From the NCBI GenBank assembly GCA_963838925.1, contig CAWISW010000001.1:256001-320000 (forward strand): DNA of 64,000 nt. The letters run 5' to 3'. A model generated the notes under the pieces. It ran no database searches and was not told where the DNA came from. It was given only the letters and a program-made list of their open reading frames with translations. The position numbers and the translations under genes were made by a program. The stretch is from an uncultured Nitrososphaerota archaeon. GTDB lineage: Archaea; Thermoproteota; Nitrososphaeria; Nitrososphaerales; Gagatemarchaeaceae. Each line of letters opens with the position of its first letter. The stretch's first letter is position 1. Positions 1 to 9,450 of the stretch are shown here, piece after piece.

Positions 1-533
1 TCGTCGATGTAGTTGAGGGTCTGCACGTCGTGCCCCAGCCTCTTCATCGTCCTGACCAGCGAGTCCCCGAGGACGAGGTTCCTGGCGTGCCCGATGTGCA
101 GGGCCTTGTTCGGGTTAACGTTCGTGTGCTCGATTGCGATGCGCTTCCTCGGCCCTGGCGCGTCCATCGGGATGACGCCGCCGACCGGCTTCAAGAGGGA
201 GGTCAGAAGCTCGCCTGCGAAGACGCCCCAGTTGGTCCGGAAGTTAACGTACCCGGAAGCGTGCGCCTCGACCCCGCCGATCAGGTGCCAGTCCGTGCCC
301 GAGTCCACCGCCTCAGCGAGCTCCTTGGCTATCAGACCGGGGGCCTTGTGGGTCGTCTTCGCCAGTCTAAGGCCGACGGGGCTAGACAGGTCTCCGAGGT
401 CTGGGTTGGGGGGGCGGAGGAGCTCGACTTCGGCGAGTTCGTAGCCCTTGAGCCTTGCAGCTGCGAGCAGCGCCTCCCTGACCTCGGCCTCGAACTCCCT
501 GAACTTCAAGTGCTGACTCAGCCTCGTTCCCAT
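1..533 (-). CDS. argS: Arginyl-tRNA synthetase, N-terminal part (runs off window start)
   Basis: Own translation of the minus strand (not in the ORF track): ...PPNPDLGDLSSPVGLRLAK...SGYVNF...IEHTNVNPNKALHIGHARNLVLGDSL...NYIDD, i.e. ArgRS HIGH motif. Start is ATG 533 or TTG 509. Confidence 0.95.
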   Translation of the reverse strand, partial: MGTRLSQHLKFREFEAEVREALLAAARLKGYELAEVELLRPPNPDLGDLSSPVGLRLAKTTHKAPGLIAKELAEAVDSGTDWHLIGGVEAHASGYVNFRTNWGVFAGELLTSLLKPVGGVIPMDAPGPRKRIAIEHTNVNPNKALHIGHARNLVLGDSLVRTMKRLGHDVQTLNYID

Positions 534-626
534 GCCATTTATCCATGCTATCTGCCCGCGGGCGTCAGGAACGTACGCCGAAACCGGCCTCAACACATAA
601 CTAGCTTTCTCCGCATCGGGCGGAAG

Positions 627-705
627 GGGCCCGTAGCCTAGCACGGATCAGGGCATCGGCCTCCGAAGCCGAAGGTCGAGAGTTCGAATCTCTCCGGGCC
701 CGCCA
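627..705 (+). tRNA. tRNA-Arg(CCG), CCA encoded
   Basis: GGGCCCG/CGGGCCC acceptor stem; anticodon arm TCGGC-CTCCGAA-GCCGA; GTTCGAATC T-loop; ends GCCA. Confidence 0.95.
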
Positions 706-785
706 ATCCTCCACGCACGGAAGCGCCGCTCTGACCGGCGTGCTGCCGAATTCGCGCCTCCGGGTCATCACGATGCATCGCTCAC

Positions 786-803
786 TATATCAAATGCGAT
801 ATA
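786..803. promoter_or_regulatory. Inverted repeat TATATC-N6-GATATA, candidate PadR operator
   Basis: Perfect 6-bp inverted repeat in the AT-rich region just upstream of the PadR gene; palindrome CGATGCATCG lies at 771-780. Confidence 0.5.
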
Positions 804-810
804 CGTAAAT

Positions 811-1428
811 ATGTCTCGTGAGCACGGCGAATCCGTGTCTGACCGCAAGTCGAGGTCGATGAGTCCTGATTCTCCCCCGTTGACCCAGCTCAAGGGGGCT
901 CCCAGGGGGCTGCTCCTCCATTACATCCTGCACAGCATCTCGGTCAAGCCCAAACACGGCTACGAGATCCTGCAGGACATAGAGGGAAAGACCGACGGCG
1001 CTTGGCGTCCTGGAGTGGGCTCGGTCTACCCGATACTCAAGAAGCTGATGGCGTCCGGCTACATAGAGACAGACGAGAGGGGGTCGCCATACAACAGGAG
1101 GGTCTACAGCATCACCTCGAAGGGGCTCGAGGAGATGAGGGAGCGAGGCGACATGTTCGTGAGCTCCTGGCAGCGATGGACGGCCATGCGAAAGCTGTTC
1201 TTCGACATGCTCGACCCTGCCGGGATACGCAGCATGTTCGTGGAGGGATCAAGGAAGCAGTTCGAGATGGCAAAGGAGCTCCTCGACGCCCGCAGAGAGG
1301 CGCTCTCGCGCAACGACATGGATTTCATGCTGCGCGAGTACTCGCTGAACCTGGAGAGGCAGCTCGACTGGACACAGAACCAGCTGAGGGACCTGAGGGC
1401 AAAGCCCGCCACTCCTAGGTTGCGCTGA
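811..1428 (+). CDS. PadR-family transcriptional regulator (start may be ATG 859)
   Basis: KPKHGYEIL...WRPGVGSVYPILKKL...RRVYSITSKG PadR winged-helix signature. Confidence 0.92.
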   Translation: MSREHGESVSDRKSRSMSPDSPPLTQLKGAPRGLLLHYILHSISVKPKHGYEILQDIEGKTDGAWRPGVGSVYPILKKLMASGYIETDERGSPYNRRVYSITSKGLEEMRERGDMFVSSWQRWTAMRKLFFDMLDPAGIRSMFVEGSRKQFEMAKELLDARREALSRNDMDFMLREYSLNLERQLDWTQNQLRDLRAKPATPRLR

Positions 1429-1453
1429 GTGGTCGGAGCGTGGTGGGTCCCAC

Positions 1454-2488
1454 ATGATTGCCGAACAGCACTCCTCCAGAGGCGACAGCGCAGGTCCCAT
1501 CGTGAAGGTCGAGGGCCTTTCGAAGAGCTTCGGGCAGCAAAAGGCGGTCGACGACATTAGCTTCGAGGTGAGGCGGGGCGAGATCTTCGGTTTCCTCGGA
1601 CCCAACGGCGCAGGCAAGAGCACCACCATCAACATGCTGACGACGCTCTTGCCCCCCACATCCGGTACGGCCCTGGTCTGCGGTTTCGACATCCGCAAGC
1701 AACAGAACGAAGTGAGGGGGAGCGTCGGGGTCGTCCCTCAAGATTACACCGCCGACGAGGACATGACCGGCTACGAGAACATACTGCTGTGCGGAGACCT
1801 TTACGGAATCCCTCGGAGCGACTCAAAACGCCACGCGAGCGAGCTCCTGCAGCTGGTCGAGCTTCAGGACGCGGCGAAGAGGAAGGTGAGCACCTTCTCT
1901 GGAGGGATGCGGAGGAGGCTTGAGCTCGCCTGCGGCCTGATAAACTACCCACAGCTGCTCTTCTTGGACGAGCCGACGCTCGGGCTCGACGTCCAGACGC
2001 GCGCGGCCGTCTGGCAGTACATCCGTCAGCTCAAGCGTGATTACAGCATGACGCTCTTCCTGACGACCCACTACCTGGAGGAGGCCGACGGCCTCTGCGA
2101 CAGGATCGCGATCATCGACCACGGGCACATAATCAAGATTGGCACGCCAGACGAGCTCAAGGCCACGGTCGGAGGGGACGTCATCGTTGTCGGGGTCAGG
2201 GATGGGGAGGCAGACATCTCGTCGGACATCGCCAAGCTAGACCTCGTGAAGTCGGTCACCAAGACTGACGGCGAGTACCGCATAAAGGCCGATGCGGGAG
2301 AGGAGGCTTCCCCACAGATCATCGACGTGATCCGCTCCAAGGGGTTGCACGTCTCCAAGATCTCCCTGACGCGACCGACCCTGGACGAAGCCTACCTGGA
2401 GCTGACCGGCCGCACCCTGAGAGAAGAGGAGACGAACAAGTGGGCGATGGTGAGCCAGAGAAGGACGATGCGCACGGCGAGGTCCTAG
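1454..2488 (+). CDS. ABC exporter ATP-binding subunit (DrrA/NodI-like)
   Basis: GPNGAGKST, FSGGMRRRL, LFLDEPT, TTHYLEEA motifs. Confidence 0.95.
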   Translation: MIAEQHSSRGDSAGPIVKVEGLSKSFGQQKAVDDISFEVRRGEIFGFLGPNGAGKSTTINMLTTLLPPTSGTALVCGFDIRKQQNEVRGSVGVVPQDYTADEDMTGYENILLCGDLYGIPRSDSKRHASELLQLVELQDAAKRKVSTFSGGMRRRLELACGLINYPQLLFLDEPTLGLDVQTRAAVWQYIRQLKRDYSMTLFLTTHYLEEADGLCDRIAIIDHGHIIKIGTPDELKATVGGDVIVVGVRDGEADISSDIAKLDLVKSVTKTDGEYRIKADAGEEASPQIIDVIRSKGLHVSKISLTRPTLDEAYLELTGRTLREEETNKWAMVSQRRTMRTARS

Positions 2489-2501
2489 AGAAGAGATTGC
2501 T

Positions 2502-3440
2502 TTGGTAGAGAAGGAGCAGTCCGCGACCAAGGAAGGCGCGCCTCAGGGCCCGACGATGCAGGGGCCGACGACAGCTCCGGCGGGCCGTGCGGTGGCAGCG
2601 AGGCCTGCGCCCAAGGTCAACAAGAGCCCGATCCACGGGCTCTGGGCCCTGACCGAGAGGGACCTCAGGAAGTGGTACACGAACCCATACCAGCTGCTGA
2701 TCTCACTCATTCAGCCGGTGATCTGGATGGGCCTGTTCGGCAAGGCCCTCAACTTCAGCTCCTTCATCACGGCGGGGGCTCCCCCCGGCGTCAACGCCAA
2801 CGCCATCATGGAGAGCTTCTTCGGCACGACCAGCTATTTCTCGTACCTGGTCTGCGGGATGTTGGTCTTCATCGTACTCTTCAGCTCCACGTTCGCCGGG
2901 ATGTCAGTCGTGTGGGACAGGAGGTTCGGCTTCATGAACAAGGCGTTGACCACCCCCGTCAGCAGAGGGGCCGTGGTCATGGGCAAGATCTTCCAGAGCG
3001 TCATAAGGTCGCTCATCCAGGCCGCGGTCGTCCTGCTGATCGGAGTGGCCCTTGGCATGGACACGAGCAACCTCACCGTGTTGGGGCTGGCCGGAGCGTT
3101 CGCGGTCATCTTCTTGGTCGCGATGGGCCTCTCCGGACTCTTCGTCATGCTCTCGCTCAGATCGAGCAACTGGCAGACGCAGATGGCGGTAATCAACCTG
3201 CTCAACCTGCCCCTGCTCTTCGCGAGCAACGCCCTCTTTCCGGTGAAGATCATGCCCGGCTGGCTGCAGGACGTCGTGAAGGTCAACCCAGTGAGCTACT
3301 CCATCGACGCGATCCGGCAGCTCCTGATAGGCGCGACCGGCGCCTACGCGCTTTGGTTGGACTTCACCGTGGTCCTCGGGTTCGCGGCCTTCTTCTCCAT
3401 CGTGGGGATCGTGATGTCTTGGAGACTGCTCAGCAAGTAG
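2502..3440 (+). CDS. ABC-2 type permease (DrrB-like)
   Basis: Six hydrophobic segments; DRRFGFMNKALTTPVSR, FP...MPGWLQ...NPVSY; follows the ATPase. Confidence 0.92.
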   Translation: MVEKEQSATKEGAPQGPTMQGPTTAPAGRAVAARPAPKVNKSPIHGLWALTERDLRKWYTNPYQLLISLIQPVIWMGLFGKALNFSSFITAGAPPGVNANAIMESFFGTTSYFSYLVCGMLVFIVLFSSTFAGMSVVWDRRFGFMNKALTTPVSRGAVVMGKIFQSVIRSLIQAAVVLLIGVALGMDTSNLTVLGLAGAFAVIFLVAMGLSGLFVMLSLRSSNWQTQMAVINLLNLPLLFASNALFPVKIMPGWLQDVVKVNPVSYSIDAIRQLLIGATGAYALWLDFTVVLGFAAFFSIVGIVMSWRLLSK

Positions 3441-3474
3441 TCCCGCACAACTCTTTTATTTCATCGACCTCAAA

Positions 3475-3759
3475 ATGGGGCAGGTGCGCCAGCTGAAACC
3501 TGAGAAGAGCGCCGGCAGGACAAAGCTGACCTCGACGCTCGCCCTCATCGGCAAGTCCTGCCCGAACTGCGGCACCGCGCTGGACTTTCTTGAGAACCCG
3601 CCGGTCATCCTCCCTGACGACCTCGGCCAGCTCGACTGGGACTCGGTCAAGAACCTCTCTCTCGTCCCCAAGGTGCTCGCGATATGCGTGAAGTGCGGCT
3701 TCGTGGCCGTCGAGTGCCTCACCCCGGTGGAGGCGTTAGGGACCTACGCGGGGGCCTGA
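3475..3759 (+). CDS. Small zinc-ribbon hypothetical protein
   Basis: CPNCG and CVKCG pairs; host-like codon usage. Confidence 0.65.
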   Translation: MGQVRQLKPEKSAGRTKLTSTLALIGKSCPNCGTALDFLENPPVILPDDLGQLDWDSVKNLSLVPKVLAICVKCGFVAVECLTPVEALGTYAGA

Positions 3760-3796
3760 CGCTACAGGCCTCGGAACAGAAGGCGCGTCTTGACGC

Positions 3797-4105
3797 TCAG
3801 GATTCCCTGAGGCTCTTCTCGAGGCTCTTCAGGTTCTCTTCCAAGCCCATGAGCCTCTTCTCGAGCGAGTTCATCCTCACGGAGACGTCCGACCTCATAG
3901 AGTTCAGGTCGGTCCTCATCGCGCTCATGTCAGACCTCACCGCCGTGTGCTTCGCCTGCTGGTCCTGCACCGACGACTCGAACTTCGTGTTCGACTCCCC
4001 CCTGTTGGTTCGGATCTGCTCGCCGATGCGCTTCATCTCTGAGTGGATCTCTGCGAGCTGAGCTTCTAGCTTGTCGAGGCTTGTCTGGAGCTTGGGAAGG
4101 GACAC
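3797..4105 (-). CDS. Coiled-coil hypothetical protein
   Basis: Heptad-patterned helical sequence (LDKLEAQLAEI...LEKRLMGLEENLKSLEK). Confidence 0.6.
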   Translation of the reverse strand: MSLPKLQTSLDKLEAQLAEIHSEMKRIGEQIRTNRGESNTKFESSVQDQQAKHTAVRSDMSAMRTDLNSMRSDVSVRMNSLEKRLMGLEENLKSLEKSLRES

Positions 4106-4152
4106 GGCTGCGCCTTTCGTGATTTGACTATTAAAAGCTCTCAGGGGGGCGG

Positions 4153-4521
4153 CTATTCCTCGAAGACCTCAATCTCGACGTTCTTCCTCACGAAGGGAGT
4201 GATCTTCCCCTTGAACGTGGTGGCCTTGACGTGCGCGTCGTCTATGAAATGGTACTCCGTGTACGGCGGGAGCTTCCTGGGCTTGTTCATGATGAGCTGG
4301 TGGTAGAGCACCCCGTTCTGCTTCAGCCACTCGCGGGTCACCTTCTCGTGCTCCGTCGTCCTGGCGGTGAAGAAGCAGATGTAGTGCCCCTCCTCGTACC
4401 ACTTGTTGATCTCCACGATGACGTCGGGGTAGCCCTTCGCGGTCCGCATCCGCTCTATGCCGTCCTCGTTGCGGATGTGCTCGCAAATGGTCCCATCGAT
4501 GTCGATGATGAATATCTTCAA
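4153..4521 (-). CDS. Minimal HAD-superfamily phosphatase
   Basis: Motif I DIDGT, motif II FTAR, KP, FIDD; co-directional downstream of the aldolase. Confidence 0.8.
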   Translation of the reverse strand: MKIFIIDIDGTICEHIRNEDGIERMRTAKGYPDVIVEINKWYEEGHYICFFTARTTEHEKVTREWLKQNGVLYHQLIMNKPRKLPPYTEYHFIDDAHVKATTFKGKITPFVRKNVEIEVFEE

Positions 4522-4612
4522 TTCTCTCGCTTTGCTGAGCGCCGCAGGGACGGGTCACTCTTTATCCTTTGCCGCCCGTCTCGCATTTTCCGCGGGGCTG
4601 GGCTCTCGTCGA

Positions 4613-5404
4613 CTATCGCGAGATCGAGGACATCGCGGGCGTGACTGCCTTGGTCTCGAAGATTATCTTCCTCAAGGCCTCGGAAATCTTGAGCGGCTCG
4701 GGGTGCTGCCAGACGTTCCTTCCCACGGCAAGCCCCGCGCCACCCGCCTCCATGACTCCGCGCACCTGCGAGAGGAACGCCTCGTCGGTGGGCGTCTTGG
4801 GCCCTCCAGACATCACGACCTTTGCCTTGCCCGCGGACTTGACCGCCCACGCGAACGACTTTGCGTCCCCGCTGTACTTGATCTTCACGATGTCGGCGCC
4901 GAACTCGAGCCCAGCGCGCGCCGCGTACGCCACGATGTCGGGGTTCGTGTCGGTCGGGACCCCCGTGCCCCTCGGGTACACCCAGCAGATCGCGCCCATC
5001 CCCCTCTCGTGGGCCTCCTCCTGGATGCGCCCCCACTCCTGGACCATCTCTGACTCGTGCCCGCTGCCCAGGAAGATGGTGTAGCCTACTCCCTTGGCGC
5101 CGAGCTGCTCCGCGTACTTGACCGAGCAGTGCTGCCTCGAGATGGGCTCCGCCTTGACCAGGACGCTCTTGCCGTTGAGCTTGAGGATGAGGGGCGTCTT
5201 GCCGTCGTAGTACTTCTCGGCAGTCCCCTTTTGAAGCGCTAACCCCGTGTAGCCTCCCTTGTTGGCTATGTCGACGATGAATGCCGGGTCGACGTTCCGG
5301 TCGTTGAAGTCCTCGGTAGGCCCGTGCTCCAACCCCTGGTCGTAGGCCAGGATCATACAGCGCCCGTTCTTCAGGAACGGCGCGGCGAAGTCTTTGCTGT
5401 TCAT
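4613..5404 (-). CDS. fbaB: Class I (DhnA/archaeal-type) fructose-bisphosphate aldolase
   Basis: LAYDQGLEHGP, WVYPRG, GADIVKIKY (Schiff-base Lys), GLAVGRNVWQ. Confidence 0.92.
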   Translation of the reverse strand: MNSKDFAAPFLKNGRCMILAYDQGLEHGPTEDFNDRNVDPAFIVDIANKGGYTGLALQKGTAEKYYDGKTPLILKLNGKSVLVKAEPISRQHCSVKYAEQLGAKGVGYTIFLGSGHESEMVQEWGRIQEEAHERGMGAICWVYPRGTGVPTDTNPDIVAYAARAGLEFGADIVKIKYSGDAKSFAWAVKSAGKAKVVMSGGPKTPTDEAFLSQVRGVMEAGGAGLAVGRNVWQHPEPLKISEALRKIIFETKAVTPAMSSISR

Positions 5405-5496
5405 GTCGAAGTCGGCCGGTCGATATCGGCCATATAAATTTGGCGAACCCGACTCAACGATTATAACCGGACCGTCTTTCCCCGTCAGCCAGAAAC

Positions 5497-6522
5497 ATGA
5501 AGATTGGCGTCTTGACGGGGGGAGGGGACTGCGCAGGTCTGAACGCCACGATCCGCGGGCTCGTGGCGCGCGCTGAGGAGTACGGCTTCGAGGTCGTCGG
5601 CATCGAGCGCGGGTGGAAGGGGCTAATCGAGCCGAAGGCGACCAAGATCTCCTACGACATGGTCGACGAGCTCGTCGGTGTGGGGGGCACGTTCATCCTC
5701 ACCTCGAGGACCAACCCGTTCAAGATGGAGGGCGGCCCCGAGAAGGTCGTCCAGAGCATCAAGAAGCTGGGGCTCGACTGCCTCGTCGCGATCGGAGGGA
5801 ACGACACCCTGGGCGTCGCCTACAAGCTCTCCAAGATGGGGATCAAGGTGGTCGGCGTCCCAAAGACGATGGACAACGACCTCTCGAGCACGGACTTCAC
5901 GTTCGGCTTCGACTCGGCGGTCAACGTGGCGGTGGAGTGCATCGACAGGGTCAAGACGACTGGCATGTCGCACGAGCGGGTGATCGTCGTCGAGGTGATG
6001 GGCAGGGACGCGGGATGGGTCGCCGCCTACGCGGGGATCGCCTCAGGAGCCCACGTCGTGCTGCTCCCAGAGGTGCCCTACGACATCGCTGACGTCTGCA
6101 AGACTCTCAAGAAGAGGTGGGACGAGGGACACAGGTTCTCCCTCGTGGTAGTCGCGGAGGGCGCGAAGGCCAAGGGCACGAGGGTGACCAAGGGCGCCGC
6201 GGTCGACGCGTTCGGGAACCCCATCCTGGGAGGCGTGGGGGAGCTCATCGCGAAGGAGATCGAGAAGAGGACGGGGATGGAGACGCGCGAGGTCGTCCTC
6301 GGCCACATCATCAGGGGCGGCGCGCCCAGCGCCTACGACCGCGTCCTAGCGACGAGGTTCGGGGTCGCAGCGGCGGAGATGGTCAAGAAGGGCAACTTCG
6401 GGATGATGGTCGCGCTAAAGGGGAACGACGTCGTCCCGGTCAAGATCGGGGGAGCCCTCGCTCAGAAGCTGGTCGACACTCGCCTGTACTCGATAGCCAA
6501 CTCTTTCTCTGGGGTGCGGTAG
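5497..6522 (+). CDS. pfp: PfkA-family 6-phosphofructokinase, probably PPi-dependent
   Basis: TGGGDCAGLN, GGNDT, PKTMDND, EVMGR, LGHIIRGG motifs. Confidence 0.9.
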   Translation: MKIGVLTGGGDCAGLNATIRGLVARAEEYGFEVVGIERGWKGLIEPKATKISYDMVDELVGVGGTFILTSRTNPFKMEGGPEKVVQSIKKLGLDCLVAIGGNDTLGVAYKLSKMGIKVVGVPKTMDNDLSSTDFTFGFDSAVNVAVECIDRVKTTGMSHERVIVVEVMGRDAGWVAAYAGIASGAHVVLLPEVPYDIADVCKTLKKRWDEGHRFSLVVVAEGAKAKGTRVTKGAAVDAFGNPILGGVGELIAKEIEKRTGMETREVVLGHIIRGGAPSAYDRVLATRFGVAAAEMVKKGNFGMMVALKGNDVVPVKIGGALAQKLVDTRLYSIANSFSGVR

Positions 6523-6532
6523 TTCCGGAGCC

Positions 6533-7789
6533 CTAGGGCCATATCCCTAGGGTGTTCATGGCGTCCGCGACCCTTCCCACTCCGACTATCAGCGCGCCCG
6601 TCCTCATGGAGACGCCCCTCGAGGTCGCCTCCTTGTAGACCTGTGAGAAGGCACCTGTCATCTTCGTCTCTAGCGTCTTGTTGACCTCTGCCTCCGTCCA
6701 CCTCAGCCTCTCCAGGTCCTGGACCCATTCCAGGTAGCTCACCATCACGCCCCCGGAATTTGCCAAGATGTCGGGCACCAGAAAGACCTTGTTCTTCTCG
6801 AGCACCTTGTCCGCCTCGGGCGTCGTCGGGCCGTTCGCGGCCTCGATTATCATCTTCGAGCGGATCCCCTTCGCAATGTCCTCGGTTATCACGTTCTCAA
6901 ACGCCCCTGGGCAGAGGACGTCGCACTCCGTCTCGAGCACCTCCTCGTTGGTGACCTGCTCCGAGCCCGGGAAGCCGACGACCGAGCCGGTCTTCTCCTT
7001 GTGCGCGAGCACCTTCCTTGCGTCCAGGCCCTTCCTGTTGTAGATGCCGCCCTTCGAGTCGCTCACCGCGACCATCTTCGCGCCTACCATCTCCTCCAGG
7101 ATCACGGCGTAGTTCGATCCCACGTTGCCGTATCCCTGCACGGCGAAGGACGCGCCCTTCAGCGCCAGTCGGTTGATTCTCGCCGCCTCCCGCGTGCAGA
7201 TGGCCGCGCCTCTCCCCGTGGCCGCGTCCCTGCCCAGGGATCCGCCCAGGGACACGGGCTTCCCGGTCACCACCGCCGGGACCATATGACCCTTCATCTG
7301 GCTGTACGTGTCGAGTATCCAAGCCATGGTCTGGGCGTTGGTGTACACGTCGGGCGCGGGGATGTCCACGTCGGGCCCAATCGCGTCTCCGAGCTCAGCG
7401 GTGTACCTGCGGGTGAGCCTCTCCAGCTCGCCCTGAGACATGTGCTTAGGGTCGCAGACGACTCCCCCCTTTGAACCTCCGAACGGGATGTCCGCTATGC
7501 TGCACTTCCAGGTCATCCACGCCGCCAGAGCCTTCACCTCGTCAAGCGAGACCTCGGGGTGGTACCTGATGCCGCCCTTGAAGGGCCCTCGCGCGTCGTT
7601 GTACTGCACCCTGTAGCCCTTGAACACCCTCACCTTCCCGTTGTCCATCCTGACGGGGAAGGCGACCCTGATGACCTTCATCGGCTCGCGCAGGCGCGCG
7701 TGCGTCCCTTCGTCCAACTCGAGGTAGGATGCGGCTATCTTGAGTTGCTCCATCGCGGTGTAGAAGGCGTTAGGCCTCTTCTGTGGCAA
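6533..7789 (-). CDS. gdhA: Glutamate dehydrogenase
   Basis: GPFKGGIRYHP, MTWKC, PFGGSKGG, DIPAPDV, QGYGNVG, EAANGP. Confidence 0.96.
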   Translation of the reverse strand: MPQKRPNAFYTAMEQLKIAASYLELDEGTHARLREPMKVIRVAFPVRMDNGKVRVFKGYRVQYNDARGPFKGGIRYHPEVSLDEVKALAAWMTWKCSIADIPFGGSKGGVVCDPKHMSQGELERLTRRYTAELGDAIGPDVDIPAPDVYTNAQTMAWILDTYSQMKGHMVPAVVTGKPVSLGGSLGRDAATGRGAAICTREAARINRLALKGASFAVQGYGNVGSNYAVILEEMVGAKMVAVSDSKGGIYNRKGLDARKVLAHKEKTGSVVGFPGSEQVTNEEVLETECDVLCPGAFENVITEDIAKGIRSKMIIEAANGPTTPEADKVLEKNKVFLVPDILANSGGVMVSYLEWVQDLERLRWTEAEVNKTLETKMTGAFSQVYKEATSRGVSMRTGALIVGVGRVADAMNTLGIWP

Positions 7790-7844
7790 TACGTCGAAGC
7801 CGAACCAGAGGATTGTATTTACAGCTTTCCGAGCCCGAAGGGCA

Positions 7845-8519
7845 TCAGAGCCGCATCGCCGTCCCGAGCTCCCTCAGCTTCGCGGGCCAGTCCTGCGCCT
7901 TCACGACGCTGCTCGCGACGAGGATCCCGTGCGTTCCTAGCTCTATGGCTGCGGCAACGTCGTCTCCTGAGACGATCCCGGCGCCGCAAAGGAGGCTTCC
8001 CTCGTAGCTCGCCGCGGAGAGCGCCTCGGCCGTCTCCGTCAGGAGCTCGGGCCTCGCCTTCGAGACCGCCCTCCCCGTCCCGATGAGCTCCGGAGGCTCG
8101 ATGGCGAGGAACTCCGGCTTGAAAGCCGCGATCTCGACCGCCTCATCGGTGGTCTCCGCGCAGGCGCAGCTCGTCAGCCCGATCTTCTTCATCCTCCCGA
8201 TGGTCTCCTCGAGTACGCCCATCGGAATCCTCGACTCGCTGTGGTTCAGGAGGGATCCTGCGCATCCCGCTGCCTTGATGGACTCTGGGATCGAGTGGCC
8301 CGTGCTCTTCCCCTGCTCTCCCAGCTCCGTCCTCTGCGCAAAGACCGGGATCTTCACGCTGGTGGCTATGGTGTGGAGCATCGGCGTGGGAGGCGCGACC
8401 ACGACGTCCAAGCCGAGCTCCCAGTTGAGCCCCGCGGCCGCCTTCGCTAGCCGGAGGGAGCCCTCTCCCATGACCTCGGCGTAGTTCTTGAAGTTCACTA
8501 TGAATGTCCGGGGTCGCAT
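7845..8519 (-). CDS. tpiA: Triosephosphate isomerase, archaeal type
   Basis: VNFKNY, LNHSE, AIEPPELIGTG, CGAGI. Confidence 0.95.
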   Translation of the reverse strand: MRPRTFIVNFKNYAEVMGEGSLRLAKAAAGLNWELGLDVVVAPPTPMLHTIATSVKIPVFAQRTELGEQGKSTGHSIPESIKAAGCAGSLLNHSESRIPMGVLEETIGRMKKIGLTSCACAETTDEAVEIAAFKPEFLAIEPPELIGTGRAVSKARPELLTETAEALSAASYEGSLLCGAGIVSGDDVAAAIELGTHGILVASSVVKAQDWPAKLRELGTAMRL

Positions 8520-8639
8520 CTGACTACAGTCCTCTGGCTCGCCGCGAGCAGGGTATAAACCGACTCCTAACCGCCTTCTTGCCGCTGGAGCGCTGAACTC
8601 CCAACGACCTGGGTTGGTGGGTGCCGCCGTCTTTCGAGT

Positions 8640-8723
8640 CTAGTCGTCTTCGGACTCCGTTTCCCATCCGTCGTCGTCCGAGTCCTCGTCGACCTCGTCG
8701 ACCTCTCCGTCCTCTGAAGACAT
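8640..8723 (-). CDS. 27-aa hyperacidic microprotein MSSEDGEVDEVDEDSDDDGWETESEDD
   Basis: Own translation; ATG preceded ~25 nt upstream by TATA-like CTTAAAAG, consistent with a leaderless transcript. Confidence 0.45.
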   Translation of the reverse strand: MSSEDGEVDEVDEDSDDDGWETESEDD

Positions 8724-8835
8724 TTCGCGCGCAGCGCTTTTGGGTCGGCTTTTAAGGGTTGTCAGCCCACGACCGCCTTCGGGCCTGTCTCCCAGCCAAA
8801 CACCTTAACAGCGCCCCAAAACTGACCGCGGCGCG

Positions 8836-9450
8836 TTGACCGTAAGATGCCTCCAGGCCGGGCGCGAGTCGCTCGCCGAAGCCGCACGCATGATCAGGGA
8901 AGGGGGCGTGGTCGCGATCCCGACCGACACCGTCTACGGGCTCGCCTGCGACCCCAAGAGCGACAAGGCCGTCGGGAGGCTCTTCGAGGTCAAGGACAGG
9001 CAGGCGAAGCCGGTCCCCGTGCTCTGCGCCGATGCGAGTGTGGCTCAAGGGCTCGTGGAACTCAACAAGGCCGCAAGGGGGCTCGCGGAGCTCCACTGGC
9101 CTGGGGCACTCACCATCGTCGCCCCACTCAAGAGAGGGAGCAAGCTCTCGCCCCTGCTCCACCAGGGGAGCGGCTACCTCGGCGTGAGGGTGCCCGACAG
9201 CGAGGTCTGCGTCGAGCTCGCGGGGATGGTGGGGGGCGCGGTCACTGGGACGAGCGCGAACCTCTCGGGGAGCCCCTCGTGCAGGACTGCCGCTCAGGTC
9301 GTTGCCGCGCTCGACGGTAGGGTGCAGCTCGTGATAGACGGCGGGGCGCTCCGTGGGAAGGAGTCCACCGTCGTCAGAGTCTCGGGAGAGACTATCGAGG
9401 TTTTAAGGGAGGGTTCGGTCAGGATTCAGGAGGGTGAGCTGAGACCTTGA
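8836..9450 (+). CDS. tsaC: Threonylcarbamoyl-AMP synthase (YrdC/TsaC domain only)
   Basis: IPTDTVYGLAC, K-x-R (KDR), WPGALT, GVRVP, TSANLSG. Confidence 0.93.
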   Translation: MTVRCLQAGRESLAEAARMIREGGVVAIPTDTVYGLACDPKSDKAVGRLFEVKDRQAKPVPVLCADASVAQGLVELNKAARGLAELHWPGALTIVAPLKRGSKLSPLLHQGSGYLGVRVPDSEVCVELAGMVGGAVTGTSANLSGSPSCRTAAQVVAALDGRVQLVIDGGALRGKESTVVRVSGETIEVLREGSVRIQEGELRP

